DNA of 64,000 nt, taken from positions 43,679 through 107,678 of the forward strand of contig JAVCCR010000012.1 in assembly GCA_030765485.1 (NCBI GenBank), read 5' to 3'. The notes below the pieces were generated by a model. The model saw only the letters and a list, made by a program, of their open reading frames with translations. It was not told the DNA's origin and searched no databases. The stretch is from Candidatus Gygaella obscura (GTDB lineage: Bacteria; Omnitrophota; Gorgyraeia; Gygaellales; Gygaellaceae). Below, piece after piece: positions 30,354-40,544 of the stretch. The stretch's first letter is position 1; every line of letters starts with the position of its first letter. Position numbers and translations under genes: made by a program.

Positions 30354-31852
30354 TCTTAAGGCCGCAGTTAAAAAATTTTAAGACAATAGGTTATTATATA
30401 GGAAAGATTTTGATTGGTCTTGGTTTTATCGAAATTATTCCTTTAATAGTAGCTGTTTTTTTAGGAGAATTAAACCCCGCGCTTGATTTTGCAATCGGTG
30501 CAAGCGTGACTTTAATAGTTGGTTTTGTTTTTCAGGTTGTTTTTTTTACAGACCGGCCAATAGAAAAAATCGAAGGTTTAACAATAACAGCTATTTCTTG
30601 GATTTTGGCCATGTTTTTAGCAGCAATACCACTTTATCTCAGCGGTCACTGGGTGAGTTTTTTGGATGCGTGTTTTGATTCTATGTCTGGCCTGGCGACT
30701 ACCGGGCTTAGCTTGGTAACTGACCTGGACCATCTTTCTAAGTCTCATAATATTTGGCGCCATTTATTAATGTTTATTGGCGGTCAGGGTATAGTAATAG
30801 TAGCGCTTTCTTTTTTCACCAAAGGTCTTAGCGGTGCTTTTAGTATGTATGTAGGAGAGGCTAGGGATGAAAAGATTTTACCTAATGTAATTCATACAGC
30901 GCGGTTTATCTGGATTATCAGCCTGATCTATTTTTTAATCGGGGTTCTTGCTTTGACCGTTGTGGGGTATCTTAATGGTCTTTCTTTTTTCTCGAGCATC
31001 TTTCACGGCGTCTGTATTTTTATGGCTGCTTTTGATACTGGAGGATTTACTCCGCAGTCTCAGAGCATAATTTTTTATCATAGCTGGGCTTTTGAACTTA
31101 CAACTATTGTTATAATGGTTTTAGGGGCTGTTAATTTTAATTTGCATTATTGTTTTTGGTTTGGCAGGCGTAAAGAGATTTTTAAAGACGCAGAGACAAG
31201 AACGTTTTTGATTTCTTTAGGTATATTGGGTCTAATTGTAGGCTTAGGGCTTTTTAATGCTCATACCTACTTGGATAAACTACCATTTTTGAGAAAGGGT
31301 CTTTATCAGATTATTTCAGCCCACACAGGGACAGGCTATGCCACCATTTATGCAAAACAGTTTATTAGTGAATGGGGAGATGTTGCTTTATTCGGGATGA
31401 TCGTTGCTATGTCTATTGGAGGGGCCACTTGTTCAACAACCGGAGCGATAAAATTATTGAGAGTAAGCGTGTTTTTTAAGACTTTGTTTAAGGAGATAAA
31501 AAAAGCCATCTTGCCGGAAAGAGCTGTCCTTGTGCAAAAGATCCATCATGTTAAGGATATTATACTAAGCGATAAGTTGATTAAGGCTTCTTTGTTGATA
31601 ATACTGTTTTATATATTTCTTTATGCAATCGGTACATTAGCTGCAATGTTGTTGGGTTATCCGTTTTTGAATTCGTTATTTGAGTCAACATCTGCAGCAG
31701 CTAATGTTGGTCTTTCTTGCGGGATTACGCAACCAAGCATGCCTTATGTTTTGAAGTTGGTTTATATAATTCAGATGTGGGTAGGTAGGTTAGAATTTAT
31801 TTCCGTGTTTGCGATTTTAGGGGTTATTGTTGCCTCTATAAAAGGTAAATAA
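30350..31852 (+). CDS. trkH: K+ transporter membrane subunit TrkH/KtrB
   Basis: 500 aa polytopic membrane protein with repeated pore-loop-like segments. 4-nt overlap with ktrA. Confidence 0.85.
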   Translation: MILRPQLKNFKTIGYYIGKILIGLGFIEIIPLIVAVFLGELNPALDFAIGASVTLIVGFVFQVVFFTDRPIEKIEGLTITAISWILAMFLAAIPLYLSGHWVSFLDACFDSMSGLATTGLSLVTDLDHLSKSHNIWRHLLMFIGGQGIVIVALSFFTKGLSGAFSMYVGEARDEKILPNVIHTARFIWIISLIYFLIGVLALTVVGYLNGLSFFSSIFHGVCIFMAAFDTGGFTPQSQSIIFYHSWAFELTTIVIMVLGAVNFNLHYCFWFGRRKEIFKDAETRTFLISLGILGLIVGLGLFNAHTYLDKLPFLRKGLYQIISAHTGTGYATIYAKQFISEWGDVALFGMIVAMSIGGATCSTTGAIKLLRVSVFFKTLFKEIKKAILPERAVLVQKIHHVKDIILSDKLIKASLLIILFYIFLYAIGTLAAMLLGYPFLNSLFESTSAAANVGLSCGITQPSMPYVLKLVYIIQMWVGRLEFISVFAILGVIVASIKGK

Positions 31853-32355
31853 TGATAAAAAAGTTATTGATTCTGTTTTTGATAGGATGTTTTTGTTTTG
31901 GTTTCTTAGCTTTTGCCCAGAGCGTAACTAGTGGCGATTTGATTGAACATGCTGCGCAGTATGATTTAAAGGAAGTTGTTTATCAGGCAGAGGCAATAGG
32001 CGAGGCTTTAGAAAGAGGAGATTTCTGTTGGGTAAATGCTCGCGATAAAGATGCTGCCATAGGATTGTGGCTGATTAAAGAAGATTGTGACAAAATAAAA
32101 TTTTTCGGTGACTATAATACCACCGGAGACATTATAGAGGCAAAAGGCGTTTTTCATAGGGCCTGCGTAGAACATTCTGGAGAGCTGGATATTCATGTAG
32201 CTGAACTTAATATCATTCAGCCCGGTGCTGAACGCAAACACCAGTTTAGCAGAAAAAAAATGAATGCATTTTTAATCTTATTTAGCGTATTATGTTTATT
32301 ATGGATATTGCAAATATTAAAAATAGTGCAGAGAAAGAAATCTTTCAGGTCGTAG
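31852..32355 (+). CDS. Hypothetical secreted/membrane-anchored protein (N-terminal signal peptide, C-terminal hydrophobic anchor)
   Basis: MIKKLLILFLIGCFCFGFLAFAQS signal. C-terminal LILFSVLCLLWILQIL. Overlaps annotated pheS start, so exact ends uncertain. Confidence 0.35.
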   Translation: MIKKLLILFLIGCFCFGFLAFAQSVTSGDLIEHAAQYDLKEVVYQAEAIGEALERGDFCWVNARDKDAAIGLWLIKEDCDKIKFFGDYNTTGDIIEAKGVFHRACVEHSGELDIHVAELNIIQPGAERKHQFSRKKMNAFLILFSVLCLLWILQILKIVQRKKSFRS

Positions 32356-33314
32356 CACTCGGGGAATTAGAACAACTGCGTATAAAATACCTGGGTAAAA
32401 AAAGCGAGCTTGCAGGTATGTTGTCCGGACTAGGGAGGCTTTCTAAACAAGAACGTCCTTTAGTAGGCAAGTCTGCCAACGAGTGCAAGGTTTTTATTCA
32501 AAGGTTGCTGGAAGAAAAAGAAAAAACTCTGAAGAATAAACCAGTGCTTAGTGATATAGACATTACGCTACCTGCTGCGAAGAATGAATTGGGCAGAGAG
32601 CATATCTTAAGTGTTGTTTTGCAGGATATCTGCGATGTGTTTATAAAGATGGGTTTTTCCGTTTTGCGAGGCCCAGAGATTGAAACAGAGTTTAATAATT
32701 TTACCGGGCTTAATATTCCATTAGATCATCCATCTAGAGAGTCGTTTGACACTTTTTATGTTAAAACCGCTAAAAATCAAGAACGCCTTCTTTTAAGAAG
32801 TCATACTTCTCCTATGCAGATTCGCGCGATGAAAGAGAACAAACCTCCTTTGGCAGTAGTTGTGCCGGGGAAAGTTTATCGGCCTGACGCAGTAGATGCA
32901 AGTCATTCGTTTATGTTCCATCAGGTGGAAGGTTTTTTGGTTGATAAAAATATTAAATTTTCTGATCTTAAAGGAGTTTTGCGTGAATTTGCATTGTCGT
33001 TTTTCGGAAAAGATATAAAGATGCGTTTTCGTCCTCATTTTTTCCCGTTCACAGAACCTTCGGCAGAAGCAGATATATCTTGTATTATCTGTAATGGAAA
33101 AGGTTGTTCTGTCTGCGGCAAAAAGGGATGGCTGGAGATACTAGGGGCGGGTATGATTCATCCGAATGTGTTTAAACACGTTGGTTACAAAAGAAAAGTT
33201 TATAGCGGATTTGCTTTTGGCATGGGTGTAGAGCGAATTGCAATGTTAAAGTACGGCATAACGGATATCAGATTATTTTTTGAAAACGATAAACGGTTTC
33301 TAGAACAATTTTAA
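32292..33314 (+). CDS. pheS: Phenylalanyl-tRNA synthetase alpha subunit (start probably MDIANIKN at 32301)
   Basis: Class II aaRS motifs (FRPHFFPFTEPSAE, GAGMIHPNV...GFAFGMGVERI). Confidence 0.95.
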   Translation: MFIMDIANIKNSAEKEIFQVVALGELEQLRIKYLGKKSELAGMLSGLGRLSKQERPLVGKSANECKVFIQRLLEEKEKTLKNKPVLSDIDITLPAAKNELGREHILSVVLQDICDVFIKMGFSVLRGPEIETEFNNFTGLNIPLDHPSRESFDTFYVKTAKNQERLLLRSHTSPMQIRAMKENKPPLAVVVPGKVYRPDAVDASHSFMFHQVEGFLVDKNIKFSDLKGVLREFALSFFGKDIKMRFRPHFFPFTEPSAEADISCIICNGKGCSVCGKKGWLEILGAGMIHPNVFKHVGYKRKVYSGFAFGMGVERIAMLKYGITDIRLFFENDKRFLEQF

Positions 33315-33317
33315 TTT

Positions 33318-35351
33318 ATGAAATTTACCTATAACTGGCTCAAAGATTATATAAATTTAAAGGTTCCCGCAGATAAGTTGGCGCAACTTCTTACTATGTC
33401 CGGGCTCGAAGTTAAATCGGTTTTTAAATCTGTTGATGATTCTATATTTGACTGCGAGGTAACTCCCAACAGACCTGATCTACTTTCTCTTATTGGTATT
33501 GCTAGAGAAATACAGGCTTTAACGGGAGAAAAATTAAGAATTGGGCAAACTAAAATTAAGCAGGCCAGTAAAAATAATAATAGTTTTTCGGTATGCATAA
33601 AAGATAAAACAGCCTGCGCGCGCTATATAGCAGTTATTGTTAAAAACGTTAATGTTTGCGACTCGCCCAAATGGCTGAGAAAACGAATTGAATCAATAGG
33701 TTTAAGAAGCGTGAATAATATTGTTGATGTTACTAACTATTGTCTTTGGGAAATGGGACAACCTATCCACGCCTTTGATTTGGATAAACTACAACAAAAG
33801 ATAACTGTTCGTTTTGCGAAACAGAATGAGAAAATTATTACTATCGACGGAAAAGAACTAAAACTTGATGAACAGATTTTGCTCATTTGTGATAGTGCGC
33901 AGCCAGTTGCTATTGCTGGCATAATGGGCGGGAAGAACACAGAGGTAACCAGTCAAACCAAGAACATACTTTTGGAATTTGCCTGTTTTGATCCTAAAGC
34001 TATCCGTATGTCCACTCGGAAGCTAGGTTTATCTAGTGATTCGAGCTACCGTTTTGAAAGGGGGGTGGATTTAGAAAATCTTTCTTTTGTCGCCAAAAGG
34101 ACAGCTGAGTTGATTAAGGCTATATCAAAAAATTGTTCTGTTAGCCAAGTTATAGATTTAGGTAAAAAGAAAAAAAATAAAAAAAGTATTGTTTTAAGCG
34201 TTGAGCGGTTGAATAAGGTTTTAGGATCGGATTTGACAAAAAGCAAAGTACTGACGATTTTAAAATCTTTAGGCCTAGGGATAAAACAGAGCAAGGCATC
34301 AATTTTAGTAAGCGTACCTTCTTTCCGGCCGGACTTAACAATAGAAGAAGACTTGGTTGAGGAAGTTGCAAGGATTTACGGGTACGATAATATAAAAACC
34401 ACAAAGCCTTATATTCAGTTTAACAGCTTGAAAGAAAACCCGTTGGAAGATATCAAACGGCTTGCAAAACAAAACCTTTTAAAGCAGGGACTTTTTGAGA
34501 TCATTACCTACTCGTTGTTAAATAATAAAATAGTTGAGCAGTTAGGTTTTGCCAAGGAGCGCAATTTAGAGCTTTTAAATCCTTTAAGCCAAGAGGCATC
34601 GATTTTAAGACCAAGTTTGCTGCCAGGGTTATTGCTTGCGGTCAAGAATAATATCAGTCATCAAAATAAGGATTTAAAGTTTTTTGAAATTGGTAATGTT
34701 TTTCAAAAAAAGGATGAAACTGCACGTTTAGCCGTTGCTTTAACCGGAGATGATTGTACTGTTGTTAATTCCCGCGTTAACGTTAATGTGAAAATGGGGA
34801 TTTTCCATTTAAAGGGCGTTCTGGAGAATATTTTTTCTTGTTTTGGCATTAGGGAAGTTGATTTTATTGCAGGCGATGAAAGGATATTCGAAAAAAACGA
34901 GTCGTTTATTCTAAAATCTAAAGGTCTCCAGTTCGCGTCAATGGGAAAGCTTGCTCAGGATATGCTTGATGCTCTAGAGATAAAACTGCAGGATGTTTTT
35001 GCCGCGGAAGTTGATTTAGAAGCCGTTATGTCCTTAGCAAAACTGCAGATAAAATTTAAACCTTATAGTCTGTATCCTTTGGTTGTCAGAGATATCAGTC
35101 TTTTAATCGACGAAAAGGTTTCATTCAAGCAGATAGTATCTGTGATCACTGATTTAAACATTGAATCTAATATTGAAGTAAGATTGATTGATTATTATAA
35201 GGGTAAACATATCCCCGATGGTGCAAAAGGGCTTACAATTTCTATAAACTATAGATCAAGCCAGCATACTCTTACTGATGATGAGATAAATTCTATGCAC
35301 AATAGCATAAAAGAGGCTTTGAAGACTGAACTAAAGGTTTCTTTTAGATAG
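33318..35351 (+). CDS. pheT: Phenylalanyl-tRNA synthetase beta subunit (compact, 677 aa)
   Basis: MKFTYNWLKDYINL N-terminus, B3/B4 and FDX-ACB domains. Confidence 0.95.
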   Translation: MKFTYNWLKDYINLKVPADKLAQLLTMSGLEVKSVFKSVDDSIFDCEVTPNRPDLLSLIGIAREIQALTGEKLRIGQTKIKQASKNNNSFSVCIKDKTACARYIAVIVKNVNVCDSPKWLRKRIESIGLRSVNNIVDVTNYCLWEMGQPIHAFDLDKLQQKITVRFAKQNEKIITIDGKELKLDEQILLICDSAQPVAIAGIMGGKNTEVTSQTKNILLEFACFDPKAIRMSTRKLGLSSDSSYRFERGVDLENLSFVAKRTAELIKAISKNCSVSQVIDLGKKKKNKKSIVLSVERLNKVLGSDLTKSKVLTILKSLGLGIKQSKASILVSVPSFRPDLTIEEDLVEEVARIYGYDNIKTTKPYIQFNSLKENPLEDIKRLAKQNLLKQGLFEIITYSLLNNKIVEQLGFAKERNLELLNPLSQEASILRPSLLPGLLLAVKNNISHQNKDLKFFEIGNVFQKKDETARLAVALTGDDCTVVNSRVNVNVKMGIFHLKGVLENIFSCFGIREVDFIAGDERIFEKNESFILKSKGLQFASMGKLAQDMLDALEIKLQDVFAAEVDLEAVMSLAKLQIKFKPYSLYPLVVRDISLLIDEKVSFKQIVSVITDLNIESNIEVRLIDYYKGKHIPDGAKGLTISINYRSSQHTLTDDEINSMHNSIKEALKTELKVSFR

Positions 35352-35374
35352 CAATGGTATTGATTTTTGAAAAA

Positions 35375-35568
35375 TCATATGTTATACTTGAAATTGGAAG
35401 TTATGTTGTTATCCCTGCTGTGAGCGCCGGGTAATTTATTGTGTGTTGAACCAACAGCACAAGCACGGGAGCCTGACTTCATGTTGCTTGAGGGCAATGT
35501 GAGAAGGCACCCACCTAAAGGATAGGGTTCAAAGCAATTTATCTGACGCCACGCGCGGGGTTTTTTTA
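35375..35568 (+). ncRNA. ssrS: Candidate 6S RNA (ssrS) immediately upstream of the 5-formyl-THF cyclo-ligase gene, ending in a T-rich terminator
   Basis: ~400-nt non-coding gap between pheT and ygfA. The conserved ssrS-ygfA linkage is established in many bacteria. GC-rich, structured-looking stretch (CCCTGCTGTGAGCGCCGGG...GGCACCCACC...) ending in GCCACGCGCGGGGTTTTTTT. Secondary structure not verified. Confidence 0.3.
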
Positions 35569-35755
35569 TGTACAGACATGGATTTATTCCCATTAAAACA
35601 TAGTAACTACTATAATCATAATGAGTTATGTTTTGAGGCCAAAATAAAAAGGGCTTAAAAATAGAAATAAGCCTATCTAATTACAAATAGGCAAGTTTTG
35701 GTTTTGGTAAAAACTATTTACGCGCAGTGTTTTTTGTGATAAAATTAATCGTTTA

Positions 35756-36307
35756 ATGGATAAGAAACAAATAATTAGAAAAAATATTCTTAAGAAGATA
35801 AAAGCATATAAGGAGGAGTTGCGCTTAAGAAAAAGTTTAACAATCAAGAACAAGTTATTTAGAACAAGAGAGTTTAAAGAAGCAGAAAATATTTTATTTT
35901 ATTTGGCTATTAAAGGAGAGGTAGAAACAACAAAGATGATTGAAGATTCCCTCAAGATGGGCAAAAGAGTCTTATTGCCTGTCTGTGATATGAAACAAAA
36001 GACCATAATACCTTCTAAGATAAGCAATTTATCAAAAGAAGAGATATGTATTGGATCCTATGGTATTGAGTGTCCGCGCAGAAAAAGAAATTTTTTAGCC
36101 AAAGATATTGACTTGGTTATTGTTCCTGCGCTTGCTTATGATAAATGTAATAATAGGCTTGGACGCGGAAAAGGATACTATGATAGATTCTTGAAAACGC
36201 TTGAATCCAGAGTTAAAAAAATAGGTCTTGCTTTTAAATTTCAGATCGTCAATCACCTTCCCGTTAACCTCCTTGATCAGCCAGTTGATAGAGTAATTTC
36301 TGCCTGA
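35756..36307 (+). CDS. ygfA: 5-formyltetrahydrofolate cyclo-ligase
   Basis: LLPVCDMKQ...VIVPALAYDKCNNRLGRGKGYYDRFL is the 5-FCL family signature (G.G.GYYDR). Confidence 0.8.
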   Translation: MDKKQIIRKNILKKIKAYKEELRLRKSLTIKNKLFRTREFKEAENILFYLAIKGEVETTKMIEDSLKMGKRVLLPVCDMKQKTIIPSKISNLSKEEICIGSYGIECPRRKRNFLAKDIDLVIVPALAYDKCNNRLGRGKGYYDRFLKTLESRVKKIGLAFKFQIVNHLPVNLLDQPVDRVISA

Positions 36308-36344
36308 TACTCTTAGAACAAAAGAAAATTCGTAAGGAGGTTCA

Positions 36345-37904
36345 ATGTCTATGCCGCATATTTTAATATACATTTTAGTTAGTGTAGTTTTTGCTGTTTT
36401 AGGTTATTTGTTTCATGAAATGATGGCAAATAAACATTCTGAATCTGCGAAAAATACAGCAAAGCAGATTATTGAGTTGGCCAGAAAAGAAGCCGATACA
36501 AGACGTAAGGAAGTTGAAATAGAGGCAAAGGACAAGCTTTATCAAATGCGTCATGAGTTTGATTCCCAGACGAAACAGCGTCGGGATGAATTAGGCAATT
36601 TGGAAAAGCGCCTGGCAACCAGAGAAGAGAATATTGATAAGCGTCTGGAGATGTTGGAGAAGAAAGAAAAAGATATTGAAACGCATTTAAATTCCGCCAA
36701 AGCTCAAGAAGAAAACATAAAAAAGAATGATGCGCATCTACAGCAGCTGATTATAGAAGAAAAAACTAGATTAGAGAAAATCTCTTCTCTTACTCAGGAA
36801 GAGGCAAAACAGGTTTTGCTTTTGCGTGTCCAGGAAGAGTTAGATGAAGAGAAAGCAAAGCTTATAAAAAGGCAGGAAGAAGAAATAAGGGCGAATGCGG
36901 ATAAAACAGCTAAAGAGATAATTAGTTTAGCGATCCAAAAATGCGCTGCAGAGCATACGGTAGAGACTACTGTAAGCGTGGTAAGTTTACCTAGTGATGA
37001 AATGAAAGGCCGGATAATCGGTAGAGAAGGGCGTAATATCCGTGCCTTAGAAATGGCTACAGGCGTTGATGTTATTATTGATGATACCCCTGAGGCCGTT
37101 ACTATTTCAAGTTTTAATCCTGTGCGACGTGAGGTAGCTAGACTTGCTTTAAGCCGGCTTATTTCAGATGGGAGAATACACCCCGGGCGAATTGAGGAAG
37201 TTGTTGAAAAGGTAAAGGCAGAACTTGAAAACACAATGCGCGAAGAAGGAGAAAAGGCTGCTTTTGATGCTGGAGTACACGGTTTACATCCGGAATTGGT
37301 AAAGGCTTTAGGCCGATTGAAGTATAGAACCAGCTATGGTCAAAATACCCTGCAGCATTCTAAGGAAGTTGCTTTTATATTAGGCAATATGGCTTCGGAG
37401 TTAAATATTGATGTTCGTTTAGCGCGCAGAGTAGGTTTGTTACATGACATTGGTAAAAGCCTTGATCAGCAAGTAGAAGGAACCCATGCGCGTCTAGGTG
37501 CAGATATGGCTAGAAAGTTTAATGAGTCTGCCACTGTTATTAATGCGATTGAGGCGCATCATGAAGAAACAGAAGCAAAAAATATTTATGCCGTGCTTGC
37601 TTTTGCTGCTGATGCAGTAAGTGCAGCCAGGCCAGGTGCAAGAAGAGAGACTCTGGAAAGCTATATAAAACGTTTGGAAAAGTTAGAGTCTATTGCTAAT
37701 ATATTTAAAGGGGTTGAGAAATCTTATGCAATACAGGCAGGAAGGGAAATTAGAGTTGCTGTTCAGCCGAATAAGATAAGTGATAGTGAAAGTATTAATT
37801 TGGCCCGAGATATACGAAAGAAGATTGAGGAAGACATGGACTTCCCCGGCCAGATAAAAGTAACTGTTATTAGAGAAACCCGTGTTATAGAATACGCAAA
37901 ATAA
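36345..37904 (+). CDS. rny: Ribonuclease Y
   Basis: N-terminal TM helix, coiled-coil, KH domain ([15 protein letters not shown]), HD domain (LLHDIGKS). Confidence 0.92.
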   Translation: MSMPHILIYILVSVVFAVLGYLFHEMMANKHSESAKNTAKQIIELARKEADTRRKEVEIEAKDKLYQMRHEFDSQTKQRRDELGNLEKRLATREENIDKRLEMLEKKEKDIETHLNSAKAQEENIKKNDAHLQQLIIEEKTRLEKISSLTQEEAKQVLLLRVQEELDEEKAKLIKRQEEEIRANADKTAKEIISLAIQKCAAEHTVETTVSVVSLPSDEMKGRIIGREGRNIRALEMATGVDVIIDDTPEAVTISSFNPVRREVARLALSRLISDGRIHPGRIEEVVEKVKAELENTMREEGEKAAFDAGVHGLHPELVKALGRLKYRTSYGQNTLQHSKEVAFILGNMASELNIDVRLARRVGLLHDIGKSLDQQVEGTHARLGADMARKFNESATVINAIEAHHEETEAKNIYAVLAFAADAVSAARPGARRETLESYIKRLEKLESIANIFKGVEKSYAIQAGREIRVAVQPNKISDSESINLARDIRKKIEEDMDFPGQIKVTVIRETRVIEYAK

Positions 37905-38690
37905 ATGCTAAAGATATTATTTATTTCTGATATAGTTGGTTCTCCGGGAAGAAATGCTGTTTGTGATAGCTTGCCGGGATTAAAGAATGATTATAATATC
38001 GATTTTGTTATAGTCAACGGAGAAAATGCCGCGGCCGGAGCAGGTATCACATCAAAGATTACTGAGGAATTATTTGGTTATGGCGTTGATGTTATTACTA
38101 CCGGAGATCATATATGGGACAAGAAGGATGTTCAAAACGTAATCGACAATTCTTATTTTTTGCGTCCGATAAATCTTTCTATCAATTCCCGTGGTAAAGG
38201 AGTTTGTTTAAAAGAAAGCGGCAAGTCAAAAATCGGAGTGGTAAATGTTTTAGGAAGAGTTTTTATGAAGATTTTAGCAGATAATCCGTTTAATGCTATA
38301 AAAAAAGCTGTGGATGAGCTGAAGAAAAAAACTAATATTATTATTGTTGATTTTCATGCTGAAACTACCAGTGAAAAAAAAGCCATGGGTTGGTTTCTTG
38401 ACGGACAGGTCACAGCGGTTTTGGGCACACATACACATGTGCAGACTGCAGATGAGATTGTTTTGCCGAAAGGCACCGCCTATATTACGGATGTTGGTAT
38501 GACTGGAGCGTGTGATTCTGTAATCGGCAGGAAAAAAGAAGCAGTTATCGAGGCATTTTTAACTGGGATGCCGGTTCGTTTTGAGCTGGCTAATTCTGAC
38601 GTTCAGCTTCAGGGTGTTGTTATTTCAATAAATAAAGATACAGGCAGCGCAGTTTCTATAGAAAGAGTCTGTAAAAAAATAGATGAATAA
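37905..38690 (+). CDS. ymdB: YmdB-family metallophosphoesterase (2',3'-cAMP phosphodiesterase-like)
   Basis: MLKILFISDIVGSPGRNAV...VNGENAAAGAGIT. Conserved rny-ymdB pair. Confidence 0.85.
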   Translation: MLKILFISDIVGSPGRNAVCDSLPGLKNDYNIDFVIVNGENAAAGAGITSKITEELFGYGVDVITTGDHIWDKKDVQNVIDNSYFLRPINLSINSRGKGVCLKESGKSKIGVVNVLGRVFMKILADNPFNAIKKAVDELKKKTNIIIVDFHAETTSEKKAMGWFLDGQVTAVLGTHTHVQTADEIVLPKGTAYITDVGMTGACDSVIGRKKEAVIEAFLTGMPVRFELANSDVQLQGVVISINKDTGSAVSIERVCKKIDE

Positions 38691-38703
38691 AGGAGATTGC
38701 TTT

Positions 38704-39054
38704 ATGCATGGGTTTGAAGAAAAAAGGCAGTTTACCCGCACCGATTATATCGCCCAGGTTAAGATAACCAAGAAAAGTGCCAACGAAGACTATCTTAGCA
38801 CTACAAAAAATATCGGTCTAGGAGGTGTCTGTGTAGCGCTTACTAAAGACATAGGGGTATTTAGCGAGGTGTTAACAGAGGTAAGTTTAAAAGATAAATC
38901 ACAAGATCCATTTATCTGCGAAGGAAAAGTGGTTTGGGTTATTAAAAGAGCCGAAAAAGATTCTTTAGGGCAAGATGTTTATGATACAGGGGTTGAGTTT
39001 GTGAAGCTTTCCGATGAACATAAAGAAAGAATTAATAGTATTATAAAACAATGA
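38704..39054 (+). CDS. PilZ-domain (c-di-GMP-binding) protein. ORF begins at 38683; MHGFEE at 38704 is the likelier start.
   Basis: RQFTRTD (RxxxR) and NIGLGG (D/NxSxGG-like) PilZ motifs. Confidence 0.55.
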   Translation: MHGFEEKRQFTRTDYIAQVKITKKSANEDYLSTTKNIGLGGVCVALTKDIGVFSEVLTEVSLKDKSQDPFICEGKVVWVIKRAEKDSLGQDVYDTGVEFVKLSDEHKERINSIIKQ

Positions 39055-40319
39055 TTGAAATTGAAAAGGTCTTTAAGGTAAGTGAGATAACTCAGGATAT
39101 TAAGCTCATACTGGAAAACACGTACTCTAAGATTAGCGTTGAAGGAGAGATCTCTAATTTAAGTATTCCTTTAAGCGGCCATACTTATTTTACCCTAAAG
39201 GATGAACACGCATCAATTAAGTGCGTATTGTTTAAGGGACATAACAAGAATTTAAAATTTCGTCTTGAGAATGGTCAAAATGTAATCTGTAAAGGGAAAA
39301 TAAGCGTTTATGAAAAAGGTGGGTCTTATCAGATCTATGCTTCAATAATAGAGCCAAAGGGATTGGGGGCGCTTCAGTTAGCTTTTGAACAGTTAAAAGA
39401 GCGTTTAGAAAAGCAAGGTTTATTTGATGTAAAATATAAGAAAGAACTTCCATTTTTGCCTCAGCGGATAGGTATAGTTACTTCAAAAACAGGTGCAGCG
39501 ATAAAAGATATGGTTAATATCTTGAAGCGGCGCGCACCCTTTGTAAAGATAATCCTTAGGCCTGTTCGTGTTCAAGGAGAAGGGGCAGCAGATGAAATCG
39601 CTCAGGCAATAGAGGAATTTAATGAGTATAAAAAAGTTGATGTTTTGATTGTTGGTCGCGGAGGGGGAAGCCTGGAGGATTTATGGGCTTTTAATGAGGA
39701 GATAGTGGCACGCAGTATTTTTAAATCTAAGCTGCCTGTTATTTCTTCTGTGGGTCACGAGAGAGATTTTACTATAAGTGATTTTGTTGCCGATGTGCGC
39801 GCAGCAACTCCGTCAGAAGCAGCAGAACTTGTGGCCAAGAAAAAAAACGATTTACTGATTCAGTTGGATAATCTTTTAAATAATGCACAGGGTGCCTTAG
39901 AGGATACTATTTATCAAAAAATACAGACGATAGATAGTTTTCTTCAGAATACTAATATTTTAATAAGAAATTTACTTGATCGCGCAACCGCCTCCTTAAG
40001 AAGGCACAGGGAAAAATTAAACATTCTTTCTCCTGGGCAGTTATTGCGTCGCAATAGAGAAAATTTTATCCAGTTAAGTAAAAGAATGCATGTAAGGTTG
40101 GGGTATTTGTTTTCTGTCAATGAACAGGATTTTAAAAGGTATGTGGAAAAACTGGAAGTACTCAGTCCTTTAAAGGTTCTTTCTAGAGGCTATAGTATTA
40201 GTTTTGTAATGCCTGAAGAAAAAGTGTTAAGGGATATTTCCCAGATAAAAGTAAACGGTCAGATTACAACAAAGCTTTCTAACGGAAGTTTTTTAAGCGT
40301 AGTGAAGGAGGTAGATTAA
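39051..40319 (+). CDS. xseA: Exodeoxyribonuclease VII large subunit
   Basis: OB-fold N-terminus (VEGEISNLS...SGHTYFTLKD), catalytic domain (GRGGGSLEDLWAFNEE). Confidence 0.95.
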   Translation: MIEIEKVFKVSEITQDIKLILENTYSKISVEGEISNLSIPLSGHTYFTLKDEHASIKCVLFKGHNKNLKFRLENGQNVICKGKISVYEKGGSYQIYASIIEPKGLGALQLAFEQLKERLEKQGLFDVKYKKELPFLPQRIGIVTSKTGAAIKDMVNILKRRAPFVKIILRPVRVQGEGAADEIAQAIEEFNEYKKVDVLIVGRGGGSLEDLWAFNEEIVARSIFKSKLPVISSVGHERDFTISDFVADVRAATPSEAAELVAKKKNDLLIQLDNLLNNAQGALEDTIYQKIQTIDSFLQNTNILIRNLLDRATASLRRHREKLNILSPGQLLRRNRENFIQLSKRMHVRLGYLFSVNEQDFKRYVEKLEVLSPLKVLSRGYSISFVMPEEKVLRDISQIKVNGQITTKLSNGSFLSVVKEVD

Positions 40320-40321
40320 TT

Positions 40322-40543
40322 ATGGCTCAGGAAAAATTCGAAGATTCTTTAAAAAGGTTGGAGAGAATCGTAGCGGAATTGGAAGCAGGAAAACTCTCTT
40401 TAGATGACGCGCTGAAAAAATATGAAGAAGGGGTAAAAATCTCAAGAGATTGTTCTAAATTGCTGGAAGCAGCTCAGAAGAAAATAAGTATTCTTTCCAA
40501 AAGAGAGCCTGCAGGGTTTGATTTAGAGGAAGAAAAAGACTAA
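40322..40543 (+). CDS. xseB: Exodeoxyribonuclease VII small subunit
   Basis: 73 aa. FEDSLKRLERIVAELEAGKLSLDDALKKYEEGVKI typical XseB. Confidence 0.85.
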   Translation: MAQEKFEDSLKRLERIVAELEAGKLSLDDALKKYEEGVKISRDCSKLLEAAQKKISILSKREPAGFDLEEEKD

Positions 40544-40544
40544 T

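Noticed and set aside
35375-35593. 72-aa minus-strand ORF in the pheT-ygfA gap
   Set aside because: It has no RBS and atypical composition. It lies in the region better explained as a 6S RNA locus.
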